Shown: positions 23,001-35,000 of the stretch, one piece after another
Numbering within the stretch: the first letter of the stretch is position 1
Layout of the letters: every line of letters begins with the position of its first letter
Source of the DNA: Macrostomum lignano
Lineage: Eukaryota
NCBI GenBank assembly: GCA_002269645.1
Contig: NIVC01001409.1
Location: forward strand, 186,001-250,000
DNA: 64,000 nucleotides
Direction: 5' to 3'
Position numbers and translations under genes: made by a program
Notes under the pieces: generated by a model
The model's input: the letters and a program-made list of their open reading frames with translations, nothing else
Told to the model about the DNA's origin: nothing
Database searches by the model: none

Positions 23001-26000
23001 CAGAAAGTGAGGGTTCGGACTGCAGTGGTCGAGACAAGCATTCCGAGATCAGGACTGTGTTTGCTACAGGAATGGCTGGCTTTAGTGGATCAGCACCGTA
23101 TATGTGCGAGTTAAATATAAATGGGCATTTTGTAAATTTCCAACTGGATACTGGCGCAGACAAGACCCTTATTAACGAAAATACTGGCAAGAAAATTGGC
23201 TTAAGGTGGTCTAAATCTAATGTTAGACTGTCAAGTTACACAGATCATCTCATACCAGTTCTGGGCGAAGCTACTGTTATCGTAACTAACTATCAGGAAA
23301 GACAGTATCAACTAACTGCGCTTGTTGTGAAGGGAGACAGAGTGAATCTTCTAGGTCGGGACTGGCTCTCTTCGTTGAAAATTGACTGGAGCAAATTTGC
23401 CCATGTGAAAACAACAACGTTGGTTCCACCTATCGAGCGGTTAATGAAGAAGTATGATCAAGTGTTTGCTGAAAGCCTTGGCACTATCAAAGGGTTAAAG
23501 GCCAGAATACTGTTGAAAGAAAACTTCATTCCAAAGTTTTGTAAGAGTCGACCGGTGCCATTTGCGATCAAAAGCCTCATTGAAGAGGAGCTGGCGAATT
23601 TGCAAGCTCAAGGCATAATAAAAAAAGTGAGCGCATCAGACTTTGCATCTCCGATTGTCCCAGTTTTGAAGCGCGATGGAAAATCCGTAAGGATTTGCGC
23701 TGATTTTAAGAGAACCGTTAATCCCCAATTGGAAGTTGACAAGTACCCTCTGCCGAAACCGGAAGAAATTTTCGCAACTCTTAATGGTGGAAGAGTCTTC
23801 TCGAAATTGGATATTTCGCAAGCGTTTTTACAACTGGAACTGGAGGATTCGTGCAAAAAGTTTGCTACAATTAACACACATCTGGGTTTGTTCCAATACG
23901 AGCGACTAACAATGGGTCTGGCATCAGCCCCTGCACAATTTCAAGAAGCGATGGAGAAAATTTTACAAGGCTTGGAAGTGGTTGTCTATATAGACGACAT
24001 TCTTGTATCCGGCAGTTGTTTGGAAGACCACGACAAAAGACTGGAAGCTGTATTAGAACGTCTTTTAGCTCACGGTGTGCATTTGAATCGGAAAAAGTGT
24101 GAATTCCGCCTAAATAGAATTGAATTCTTGGGCTACGTTATCGATGAATCGGGAATCCATCCCTCGAAAGAGAAAGTTCAGGCAATTCATGAAGCTCCAA
24201 CACCAACTAACGTGTCAGAGGTTCGTTCCTTGATAGGAATGATCAGCTATTATGGAAAGTTTATTCCAAACCTATCATCAATACTGGTACCTCTCAACAG
24301 ACTATTGCACAAAGACGCAGAGTTTCATTGGAGTGAGGCGTGTTCGGCAGCATTCGAGAAAGTGAAGGCAACTCTAACTTCTGAGCGTGTTCTGGCTCAT
24401 TTTGATCCTAAGAAGCAGCTTGTATTGCAAACGGACGCCTCCAAATATGGAATCGGGTGTGTCATCTCACATTTGATGCCCAATGGCGAGGAAAGGCCTG
24501 TAGCATTTGCTTCGAGAACTCTAACAAAACCGGAGATCAACTACTCTCAACTAGAGAAAGAAGCGCTGGCCATCGTATTCGGAGTTAAAAGATTTCACCA
24601 ATATCTTTTTGGACATCATTTTATACTAGTGACTGACCATAAACCCCTACTGACCATTTTTGGAGATAAGAAGGACATTCCTAGCATAGCAGCAAGCAGA
24701 CTTCAGCGCTGGGCCGTGTTGCTTTCTGCCCATCAGTATACCATCAAATTCAGAAGAACAGAGGATCATTCTAATGCTGACGCACTTTCACGTCTCCCAG
24801 TGCCTGGTAATATCAGCAAGGTTGATCGTGTCTTGGAGGTCAGGCTAGAAATGCTACCAGTCAACGCAGAAACAATACGAACCGAGACACAGAAAGATTC
24901 ACAGCTTCAGAGAGTTGTTCGATACTGTCAAAATGGTTGGCCAGACACCTGTGAGCAAGAGCTGGAACAGTACTTCAGGAAGCGGAACGAGTTTTGCATT
25001 GAGCAAGGTGTGCTATTTTGGGGAGTAAGAGTAATTATTCCAAGAAGCTTACAACAGGTTGTGTTAGAACTGCTTCATGATGGACATCCAGGAATTGTTG
25101 CAATGAAATCCATAGCTAGACTGCATGTATGGTTCCCAGGAATCGACAAGGCTATAGAAGCCCTAGTCCATAGTTGTGAAGGCTGTCAGCTGCAAAGGAA
25201 TTTGCCTGCACAAGCACCAGTTCAGCCTCTTGTCTGGCCGGAAAGGCCTTGGACTCGAATTCAACTGGACTACATGGGACCATTCCATGGATACTACTGG
25301 CTTGTTATAGTCGATGCAACAAGTAAATGGGTTGAGATCTTTCCCATGAAGCACGCAACTACCAACAGGACGATAGAATGTCTACGAGAAACTTTCGCAC
25401 GATTTGGCATCCCACAGCAAGTGTTGAGTGACAATGGAAGCCAGTTCTGCTCAGCTGAGTTCCGTACTTTCCTAGAGCGGAATAACATCCGACAGATTTT
25501 GACAGCTGTTGGACATCCGCGTACCAACGGACTTAGTGAAAGAATGGTGCAAACAGCAAAGTCTGCTATCAAAGCAGGAATTAAGACTCACGGTGATCCA
25601 ATCTTGAGCATGCAGAACTTTCTGTTTCGCTATCGCAGTACACCTCATTCAACAACCGGTAGAACACCAGCAGAGATGATGTTATGCTACAGTCGCAGGA
25701 CACGGTTGGATTTTCTTAAGCCGGATGCTTACTCAAGAGTGTTAAACAAGCAGACGGATGTCACTGAACGACAAATAGAGAGAGGATCAACTATTCGAGA
25801 ATTTCAAGAAGGAGACTCAGTTCTGACGTTGGACTTCAGAAGGGAGCGAGAAAACAGGTGGATTTCTGCCAAGGTGATCGCCCGCACAGGACCGCTGTCC
25901 TATAGACTGTTGGTCAACGGACAAGTCTGGAAGCGACACGTCGACCAAATTGTCAGTGCAGAATTACCTGGACAGAACAAGCCGGAGGCTCATCACCTAC

Positions 26001-29000
26001 CGCCTATTCTGAAGGATCCTAGGAGAGTTCAGAGCGACAAAACTACCACCGAGAAAGAGCGGCGAGAGAGTGAATCAACTCAACCGGTCCAAGACGTGCC
26101 AAGCCGAGGAGAATCTCAGACAGCGGACACAGACCAGGATGACGCTGACCCTGGAGCAGAAGGCGTGGGCACAAGGATACTGAGGGATCGAAGCAAATTG
26201 AGAAAACCGGATCGGTTGCATTACAGTGAATAATTCCGGATAACTGACAATGCAACTTTTTATTGACAAAAGGGGGAATGTTGTATATTAACAGAGAAGA
26301 CACAGAGTATGCCCCCAAGCCCAATGTTTTGTTGTCTAAGGCACAACCTATTATTTTATAATAAAGTACGAGCTAGTTACAACATGAATCCCAAGAGGAG
26401 TTCGTAACTACCGGAGCAATACGATAGCTCGAACCCCTAAGCGAACCGTTGTCTTCTTACTTAAATGTAGCAGCTCCACGTCGGAGCAGAAGACATAACA
26501 ATATCCATCCTCACACCCTCCTCATATCCCTCCTCATATCCATCCTCACACCCTCCTCATATCCCTCCTCATATCCCTCCTCATATCCATCCTCACACCC
26601 TCCTCATATCCCTCCTCATATCCCTCCTCAATATCCATCCTCACACCCTCCTCATACGCTGCTCACCAGTGGGAGGCACAAAAGCGAACAGCAGCTTCCA
26701 GAAGATGGTGAGGAAGTGCATGATGTAGTCTCCACAGGAGGGCAGCTTCTCTTCTCCATCACCTGTGCCGTCTCCTTCGTCCTCGTTGCCATCTCCTGGA
26801 AACGGTGGATTTTAGAAATTTGCACTCGTCCAACTCCTAGGATCAGGCCAAGAACTCGATTCGAATGGAGTACGGACTCACCGGCGCTAACAGTGATGGC
26901 CTCAATGAACTGCTCCTTCCAGGAGGAGGTGCCCACAACCAGTGACAGGTTGGCCTTCTTCAGCATTCTGTCTACCGTGTTCTGCAGGGGGGTGGGTTGC
27001 GGGCTTGGGTGCTCTGACGTTCTGTTACCCACGCCACACAGCCCGTTACCCATCCCACAGCCCCTCACCCACCCCACAGCCCCTCACCCACCGCACAGCC
27101 CTCACCCACCCCACAGCCCCTCACCCACCCCACAGCTCCTCACCCACCCTACAGCCCCTCACCCACCCCACAGCCCCACACCCACCCTACAGCCTCTCAC
27201 CCACCCCAGTCACCCACCCCAGTCACCCACCCCAGTCACCCACCTTGAACTCCACGCTCTCCACAATGTTCACTTTAACTCTGGTCAACTCCCCCAGCCT
27301 GGGCCGGCCGGCCATCTCAGTCTCAGCGCAGTCGACGTCCTCCTCGAGATGGGGGCCTGCGGGCGAGCGCCAAGGCGGGCTGGTTGGCTATTCCAAGCAG
27401 AAGTGAGCCCAAGTTCAAGCGACCCCGGCGCTGCTGTGTAATTAACGGGCAACAAACCAAAGCTGAAGCTGCGGGCGAAGACAGGCTGCGCTGTGCCGGA
27501 AGTTCTGCTGGCTGAGGGGCGCAACAGGCCGGCCAGATGATGGGGCAAAGTCAACGGCTCAGCAAAGTCCCACACAGACAGACACACGCGCAGGGAGGCT
27601 GGGGAAGCCAAAAAAGCGGGAGGGGATAACAAGCGAAGGAATTCCCAGAGGATAATTTTCCAAGTTTTCTCCCGGACACTTCCTTGGCAGAAAGGATTTC
27701 CAGAAATAAGATTGACGCCCGGCCAAGACAGGCGCGGAGGCTGGACAGCGATGAAGATGATGATGCTGATGAGGTCAGGCGTGACGCGCGGGTTTATGGG
27801 AAGAAAAGTCCAGTCCGTGTCGGCACCCCTGGACTTAATGAAGAAGATGTTCCAGGCGGGGGCGGTGACCGGCGCTCCCGGAGCTCTAATTACCTGGCCT
27901 CAAGACCAGACTAAAATAACAAAATAAATGCAAACGGAAAAGCTTCCGGTGGGTTTTGTTAAAGTGCAAAATTTCGGTAGAGACTGGCTTGGTGACTGCA
28001 TGCGCGTCAATAATGCTTTGTTAGTCAATTTTAGTCAATGGATTAACAACGGTACAACATTCGGGTAGCAACAAAAATGCAACGTGCAAACTTTTTAGCG
28101 AGATGGAAGCGTCCCTCTTGACTGAGGCTTCGGGATCTGATTTGGCTCAAGGACTACCATAACTATCACAAATTACACCTGAATGTCATCGCACCTTTCT
28201 CGGCATCTTCGCACCTCTGGCCAGCTGCAGATTCTGCTTTTGTTTGCGATTGATTTCAAATTGGATGCTTGCTTGCGGCACTGTATTCCATACTGTATTC
28301 CACACTGTATTCCATGCTGTAATCCATACTGTATTCCATACTGTATTCCATACTGTAGTCCACACTGTATTCCATGCTGTAATCCATACTGTATTCCATA
28401 CTGTATTCCATACTGTAGTCCATACTGTATTCCATACTGTAGTCCATACTGTATTCCATACTGTAATCCATGCCTCAGATGGTGTCTGTTTACTTCAAAA
28501 AATGTCTGTTTATCACAGAGTGTCTGTTACCTCGGAAGGTGTCTTATTACTCAGAGTGTTTCTGGTTTAGCCTAAAAGGTGTCTGTTTATCTGAGATTGT
28601 GTCTGTTTATCTCAGATTGTGTCTGCTTTATCTGAGATTGTGTTTGTTTATCTGAGATTGTGTCTGTTTATCTGAGATCGTGTCTGTTTATCTCAGATTT
28701 TGTCTGTTTATCTCAGATTGTGTCTGTTTATCTCAGATTGTGTCTGCTTTATCTGAGATTGTGTCTGTTTATCTCAGATTTTGTCTGTTTATCTGAGATT
28801 GTGTCTGTTTATCTGAGATCGTGTTTGTTTATCTCAGATTGTGTCTGTTTATCTGAGATCGCATCTGTTTATCTCAGATTGCGTCTGTTCATCTCAGAGT
28901 GTGTCTGTTTATGTCAGATTGTGTCTGTTTATCTGAGATTGTGTCTGTTTATCTGAGATTGTGTCTGTTTATCTCAAACAGACGGTTCTGTCCGTCAACA

Positions 29001-32000
29001 CGGCTCAGCAGGGGATTCCTTTGAAGCGCCGAGAAGTGCTCAGCCCCCCCTCCCAAAGAACTGCAGCCTCGGTCCACTCCGATCGAACTCAGTAGAGAAC
29101 CGGGTTTTCTGCTGCTTTGATCCGAGAACTCTCGGGCGAGCCCGCACTCCCCCCCCCATCAGCCCCATAAGGTGAACTTTGCTCCGCTCACCGACTTTCT
29201 TCATCAGGATTGGCTCGCCCAGCTCCACGAAAAAGAAGACGTTCTTCTGGTACTCCTCGTAGTCGATGATTCGAACATTGATAAACTGCCTGAAAATTGG
29301 GCGGGCGGCAGGCTTGGGAATCAAATCCCATCTAGAATCCCAGGCGGCTCCCCCGCTCCCCCCAATCTGCACTGAACTCGCGGGGCTTCAGTGATGGATG
29401 GCCGGCACGCAGTGACTGACCCGCATTGCTGCCGCCTACTCGCCGCCTTGAGCCCTCCGGCAGCTTCATCCCCAGCTCCTACCCGAGTTTGTTATTTCTG
29501 CTCCTGCCGGGGCGGGCGGGGAGGAGAAAACGGGAAAAGTGGAAGAGCTGCGGGCGAAAGACGCTGCTTTTGGAATGAGGCGAATTCGCATCGAATGAAT
29601 GCATGGGGAATCAGCTCGGGCCGACTGCCGCCTCCCCCTGCCGCACTGCCCTGCTGCCCAGCCTCGGGAGTCTGCCGCTTCATCTTTCGCCCCACTTTTC
29701 CCGGAGCTGGCTCGCATGTTTTTTATCGCTAAGTGAGGCTGAGTTCCCTGCTCACACCGGCCTTCATCATGAGTCCTGCACCGCTTCTCACTCAGGCCGT
29801 CACTCTGGCTGTCACTCCAGATTTCACTCCGGCTTTCACTCTGGCTTTCACTCCGACTGTCACCCCGGTTGTCACTCCGGGTTTCAACCCGGCTATCACT
29901 CCGGCTGTCACTCCGACGACTGTCACTCCGATTGTCACCCCGGCTGTCACTCTGGATTTCACTCCGGCTGTCACTCCGGCTGTCAGTCCGGCTGTCACTC
30001 TAGTTGTCACTCAGGCTGTCACTCCTGGTTTCACTCCGGGTTTCACTCCGAGTTTCACTCCGGCTGTCCCTCCGGGTTTCACTACGGCTGTCACTCCGGC
30101 TGTCACTCTAGTTGTCACTCCGGCTGTCACTCCTACTGTCATTCCGTCTCTCACTCCGCCTTCACTCCAACTGTCACTCCGGCTTTACTCTTTCCGTCAC
30201 TTCAGCTTTCACTCTTAATCTCACTCCGATTTTACTCTAGCTGTCTAATTTAGCTCCAATTTAGCTCTCTAAAGCCGAGCTCACTCCACAAAGCTGCACA
30301 ATTGCACCCAAATCCCAAAACGAATGACTTGGGGGATAATTTGCCGGGGGAGAATTTTGGACAATTTCGTCAATCGCCGGCATTCCGAGGCGCCGCCAGG
30401 CCGATCGGTCAGAGCGGCCCGTCAGTTTTAAGCGTTCGCTGGAGCTCTTCCAGCTCTTCCCCATGGTAGTGAAAAACTCCCAATCCAGTGCTGGGATATT
30501 TTTCCCAAAAAATTCTGGGTGGATTTTTCGGAACATTTCTGATGTCATAAAAGTCGCTGCAATTCAATTCCGGCCGCTTGGTGGGATCCGAACTGCATGC
30601 GAGTTGCGGATCGTGCGGCGGATTAGTGAGAAAGTGCATTCAGACAGGTTTCATAGACACTTTCGATGGAGAGTCAGATGCTCAGGATGAGAGTCAGATG
30701 CTCAGGATGGAGAGTCAGATGCTCAGGATGGAGAGTCAGATGCTCAGGATGGAGAGTCAGATGCTCAGTATGATAATCAGATGCTCAGGATGGAGAGTCA
30801 GATGCTCAGGATGAAAGTCAGATGCTGAGTATGAGAGTCAGATGCTCAATATGAGAGTCAGATCCTCAATATGAGAGTCAGATGCTGAGTATGAGAGTCA
30901 GATGCTCAGGATGGAGAGTCAGATGCTCCGGATGAGAGTCAGATGCTCAATATGAGAGTCAGATGCTCAGGATGGAGAGTCAGATGCTCCGGATGAGAGT
31001 CAGATGCTCAATATGATAGTCAGATGCTCAGGATGAGAGTCAGATGCTGAGTATGAGAGTCAGATGCTCAATATGAGAGTCAGATGCTCAGGATGAGAGT
31101 CAGATGCTGAGTATGAGAGTCAGATGCTCAATATGAGAGTCAGATGCTGAGTATGAGAGTCAGATGCTCAGGATGGAGAGTCAGATGCTCAGTATGAGAG
31201 TCAGATGCTCAGTATGGAGAGTCAGATGCTCAGTATGAGAGTCAGATGCTCAGGATGAGAGTCAGATGCTCAGTATGAGAGTCAGATGCTCAGGATGGAG
31301 AGTCAGATGCTGAGTATGAGAGTCAGATGCTCAGTATGAGAGTCAGATGCTCAGGATGGAGAGTCAGATGCTCAGTATGAGAGTCAGATGCTCAGGATGG
31401 AGAGTCAGATGCTCAGTATGGAGAGTCAGATGCTCAGGATGAGATTCAGATGCTCAGGATGAGAGTCAGATGCACAGGATGAGAGTCAGATGCTCAGGAT
31501 GAGAGTCAGATGCTCAGGATGAGAGTCGGATGCTCAGGATGAGAGTCAGATGCACAGGATAAGATTCAGATGCTCAGGATGAGAGTCAGATGCACAGGAT
31601 GAGAGTCAGATGCTCAGGACGAGAGTCAGATGCACAGGATGAGAGTCAGCTGTTCGGGATGAGAGTCAGATGGTCCAGAACTGGTCCAGTCGCAGACCGC
31701 AGCTGTCCGTGAGCGAAATTTCGATTCTCCCCTCTCAAAATTCCCCGGAGACTGGCACTGCCTGCCCGTTGCCTTTTGTCTTTGTCTCCCAAGAAGCAGC
31801 GCAATCACGGAGCTACTCAAGAGGCTGCTCCGCCAGGCTTATCAACTTCCACCTCATGGGACGGCAAAGAGAATCAAGAAAAAGTTTCTCTTTGGGCGGA
31901 CGAAGCGAGCTCAAATTGATCTAATTTTTTCAGCAGTTTGGCTCATAGAAGCATCCCGCCTCGCCTGCGATGGACTGCAGCCCCCCCCCCTACCGCGCCT

Positions 32001-35000
32001 CCGCAAACTTCGCCGCGATTCGGGCCGTCCGGGAAACACGAAAATCCCTGCACACTCGACAAGAAATAAATAAAATGTAGATTTGGCTGGCTTTAACGAT
32101 GAGAGTAACTCGGCCATCCATAATCTGTGTGAGAAGCAGGGAGCTCTCACAGTGCGGAGCTGGTGTGGCTGACAGAAAACAGCTTAGTGAGACTGGCTGG
32201 CAAGATGGGCTGATGGCTGCGGGCTGACTGCCCGACATGCAGGAAGGTGTGGGCCGGAGCTTGCAGGTGCAGAGTGGCCCAGATGGGGATTGAAAACTGA
32301 CCTGACTCTGTCTGCCTCTTCCTCTGTCTCACCCTCCCTCACCCTCCCTCACCTGTCTCACCCTCGCTCACATGTCTCACGCTCTCTCACTTGTCTCCCC
32401 CTCGCTCACATGTCTCACGCTCTCTCACCTGTCTCACCTTCCCTCACCTGTCTCACCCTCTCTCACCTGTCTCACCCTCTCTCACCTGTCTTACCCTCTC
32501 TCACCTGTCTCACCCTCTCTCACCTGTCTCACCTTCCCTCACCTGTCTCACCCTCTCTCACCTGTCTCACCCTCTCTCACCTGTCTCACCCTCTCTCACC
32601 TGTCTCACCCTCTCTCACCTGTCTCACCTTCCCTCACCTGTCTCACCCTCTCTCACCTGTCTCACCCTCTCTCACCTGTCTCACCCTCTCTCACCTGTCT
32701 CACACCCTCACCTGTCTCACTCCCTCACCCTCCCCGACCCTCTATCTCACTCTACCGCTCTACCATCAACCCCACCCCCCAGTCCCTGCAAGATCCCAGA
32801 TCCCCGCTCACTCAGTCTGGTCGTTGTGAAACTCCAAGTAGCCGTGGGTGTCCTCAAAGTCCTTGCCGCCGCCTCGGGCGGTGCCGTCGGCCGTCTTGTA
32901 GGGCACTCGGACGATGCCCCGGGCGCCTGTGTGGGTGGAATGTGGGGGGGAGGGGGCTGAGTTGCTTTGTGGAATCAGCTTTAATTGGTACTAAATTATT
33001 TAATTATGGCCATAAATAGCATCGCGCGGACTCGCCTTGAGGGCAATAAATGAATGATAAGCTGGTTGGGTTTTTGTCGGCGTGTATTAAGATCAAAGAT
33101 GAGATGAAAGGTCATCTCGATGAAGTTATTCGTGGAAGTCTCGGCCATTAAAAATCCTGGATTTTACTAGCCTGGGTTCAATTCTTTCGTAATTCGATTC
33201 TAGATTAGCAATCCATTCCATTCCTGCATCCATGATAGGCTAGATTAGCAATCCATTCTATTCCTGCATCAATGATAGGCTAGATTAGCAATCCATTCTA
33301 TTCCTGCATCAATGATAGGCTAGATTAGCAATCCATTCTATTCCTGCATGCATGATAGGCTAGATTAGCAATCCATTCTATTCCTGCAGCCATGATAGGC
33401 TAGATTAGCAATCCATGCTATTCCTGCACCCATGATAGGCTAGATTAGCAATCAATTCTATTCCTGCATCAATGATAGGCTAGATTAGCAATCCATTCTA
33501 TTCCTGCACCCATGATAGGCTAGATTAGCAATCCATTCTATTCCTGCATCAATGATAGGCTAGATTAGCAATCCATTCTATTCCTGCATCCATGATAGGC
33601 TAGATTAGCAATCCATTCTATTCCTGCATCCATGATAGGCTAGATTAGCAATCCATTCTATTCCTGCACCCATGATAGGCTAGATTAGCAATCCATTCTA
33701 TTCCTGCACCCATGATAGGCTAGATTAGCAATCCGTTCTATTCCAGCATCCATGATAGGCTAGATTAGCAATCCATTCTATTCCTGCACCCATGATAGGC
33801 TAGATTAGCAATCCATTCTATTCCTGCACCCATGATAGGCTAGATTAGCAATCCATTCTATTCCTGCACCCATGATAGGCTAGATTAGCAATCCATTCTA
33901 TTCCTGACTCCGTGATAGGCTAGGTTAGCAATCCATTCTATTCCTGACTCCGTGATAGGCTAGATTAGCAATCCATTCTATTCCTGCACCCATGATAGGC
34001 TAGATTAGCAATCCATTCTATTCCTGCATCCATGATAGGCTAGATTAGCAATCCATTCTATTCCTGCACCCGTGATAGGCTAGATTAGCAATCCATTCTA
34101 TTCCTGCATCCGTGATAGGCTAGATTAGCAATCCATTCTATTCCTGCACCCGTGATAGGCTAGATTAGCAATCCATTCTATTCCTGCATCCGTGATAGGC
34201 TAGATTAGCAATCAATTCTATTCCTGCATCAATGATAGGCTAGATTAGCAATCCATTCTATTCCTGCACCCATGATAGGCTAGATTAGCAATCCATTCTA
34301 TTCCTGCATCAATGATAGGCTAGATTAGCAATCCATTCTATTCCTGCATCCATGATAGGCTAGATTAGCAATCCATTCTATTCCTGCATCCATGATAGGC
34401 TAGATTAGCAATCCATTCTATTCCTGCACCCATGATAGGCTAGATTAGCAATCCATTCTATTCCTGCACCCATGATAGGCTAGATTAGCAATCCGTTCTA
34501 TTCCTGCATCCATGATAGGCTAGATTAGCAATCCATTCTATTCCTGCACCCATGATAGGCTAGATTAGCAATCCATTCTATTCCTGCATCCATGATAGGC
34601 TAGATTAGCAATCCATTCTATTCCTGCATCCATGATAGGCTAGATTAGCAATCCATTCTATTCCTGCACCCGTGATAGGCTAGATTAGCAATCCATTCTA
34701 TTCCTGCATCCGTGATAGGCTAGATTAGCAATCAATTCTATTCCTGCATCAATGATAGGCTAGATTAGCAATCCATTCTATTCCTGCACCCATGATAGGC
34801 TAGATTAGCAATCCATTCTATTCCTGCATCAATGATAGGCTAGATTAGCAATCCATTCTATTCCTGCATCCATGATAGGCTAGATTAGCAATCCATTCTA
34901 TTCCTGCATCCATGATAGGCTAGATTAGCAATCCGTTCTATTCCTGCACCCATGATAGGCTAGATTAGCAATCCATTCTATTCCTGCACCCATGATAGGC

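Larger units (their letters stand above)
21941..26500 (+). mobile_element. Full-length Ty3/Gypsy LTR retrotransposon (Mag-like, 4560 bp) in NCX intron 6, antisense to the host gene
   Basis: LTRs at 21941-22162 and 26279-26500 (222 bp, TG...CA ends, identical by eye); 5-bp TSD ATATC at 21936-21940 and 26501-26505; PBS, PPT and one intact gag-pol ORF. Confidence 0.97.

Noticed and set aside
29290-32811. A second mutually exclusive A/B-type CBD2 exon as in vertebrate NCX1
   Set aside because: No second EEY-x-K-like exon with splice sites was found in introns 2 or 3.
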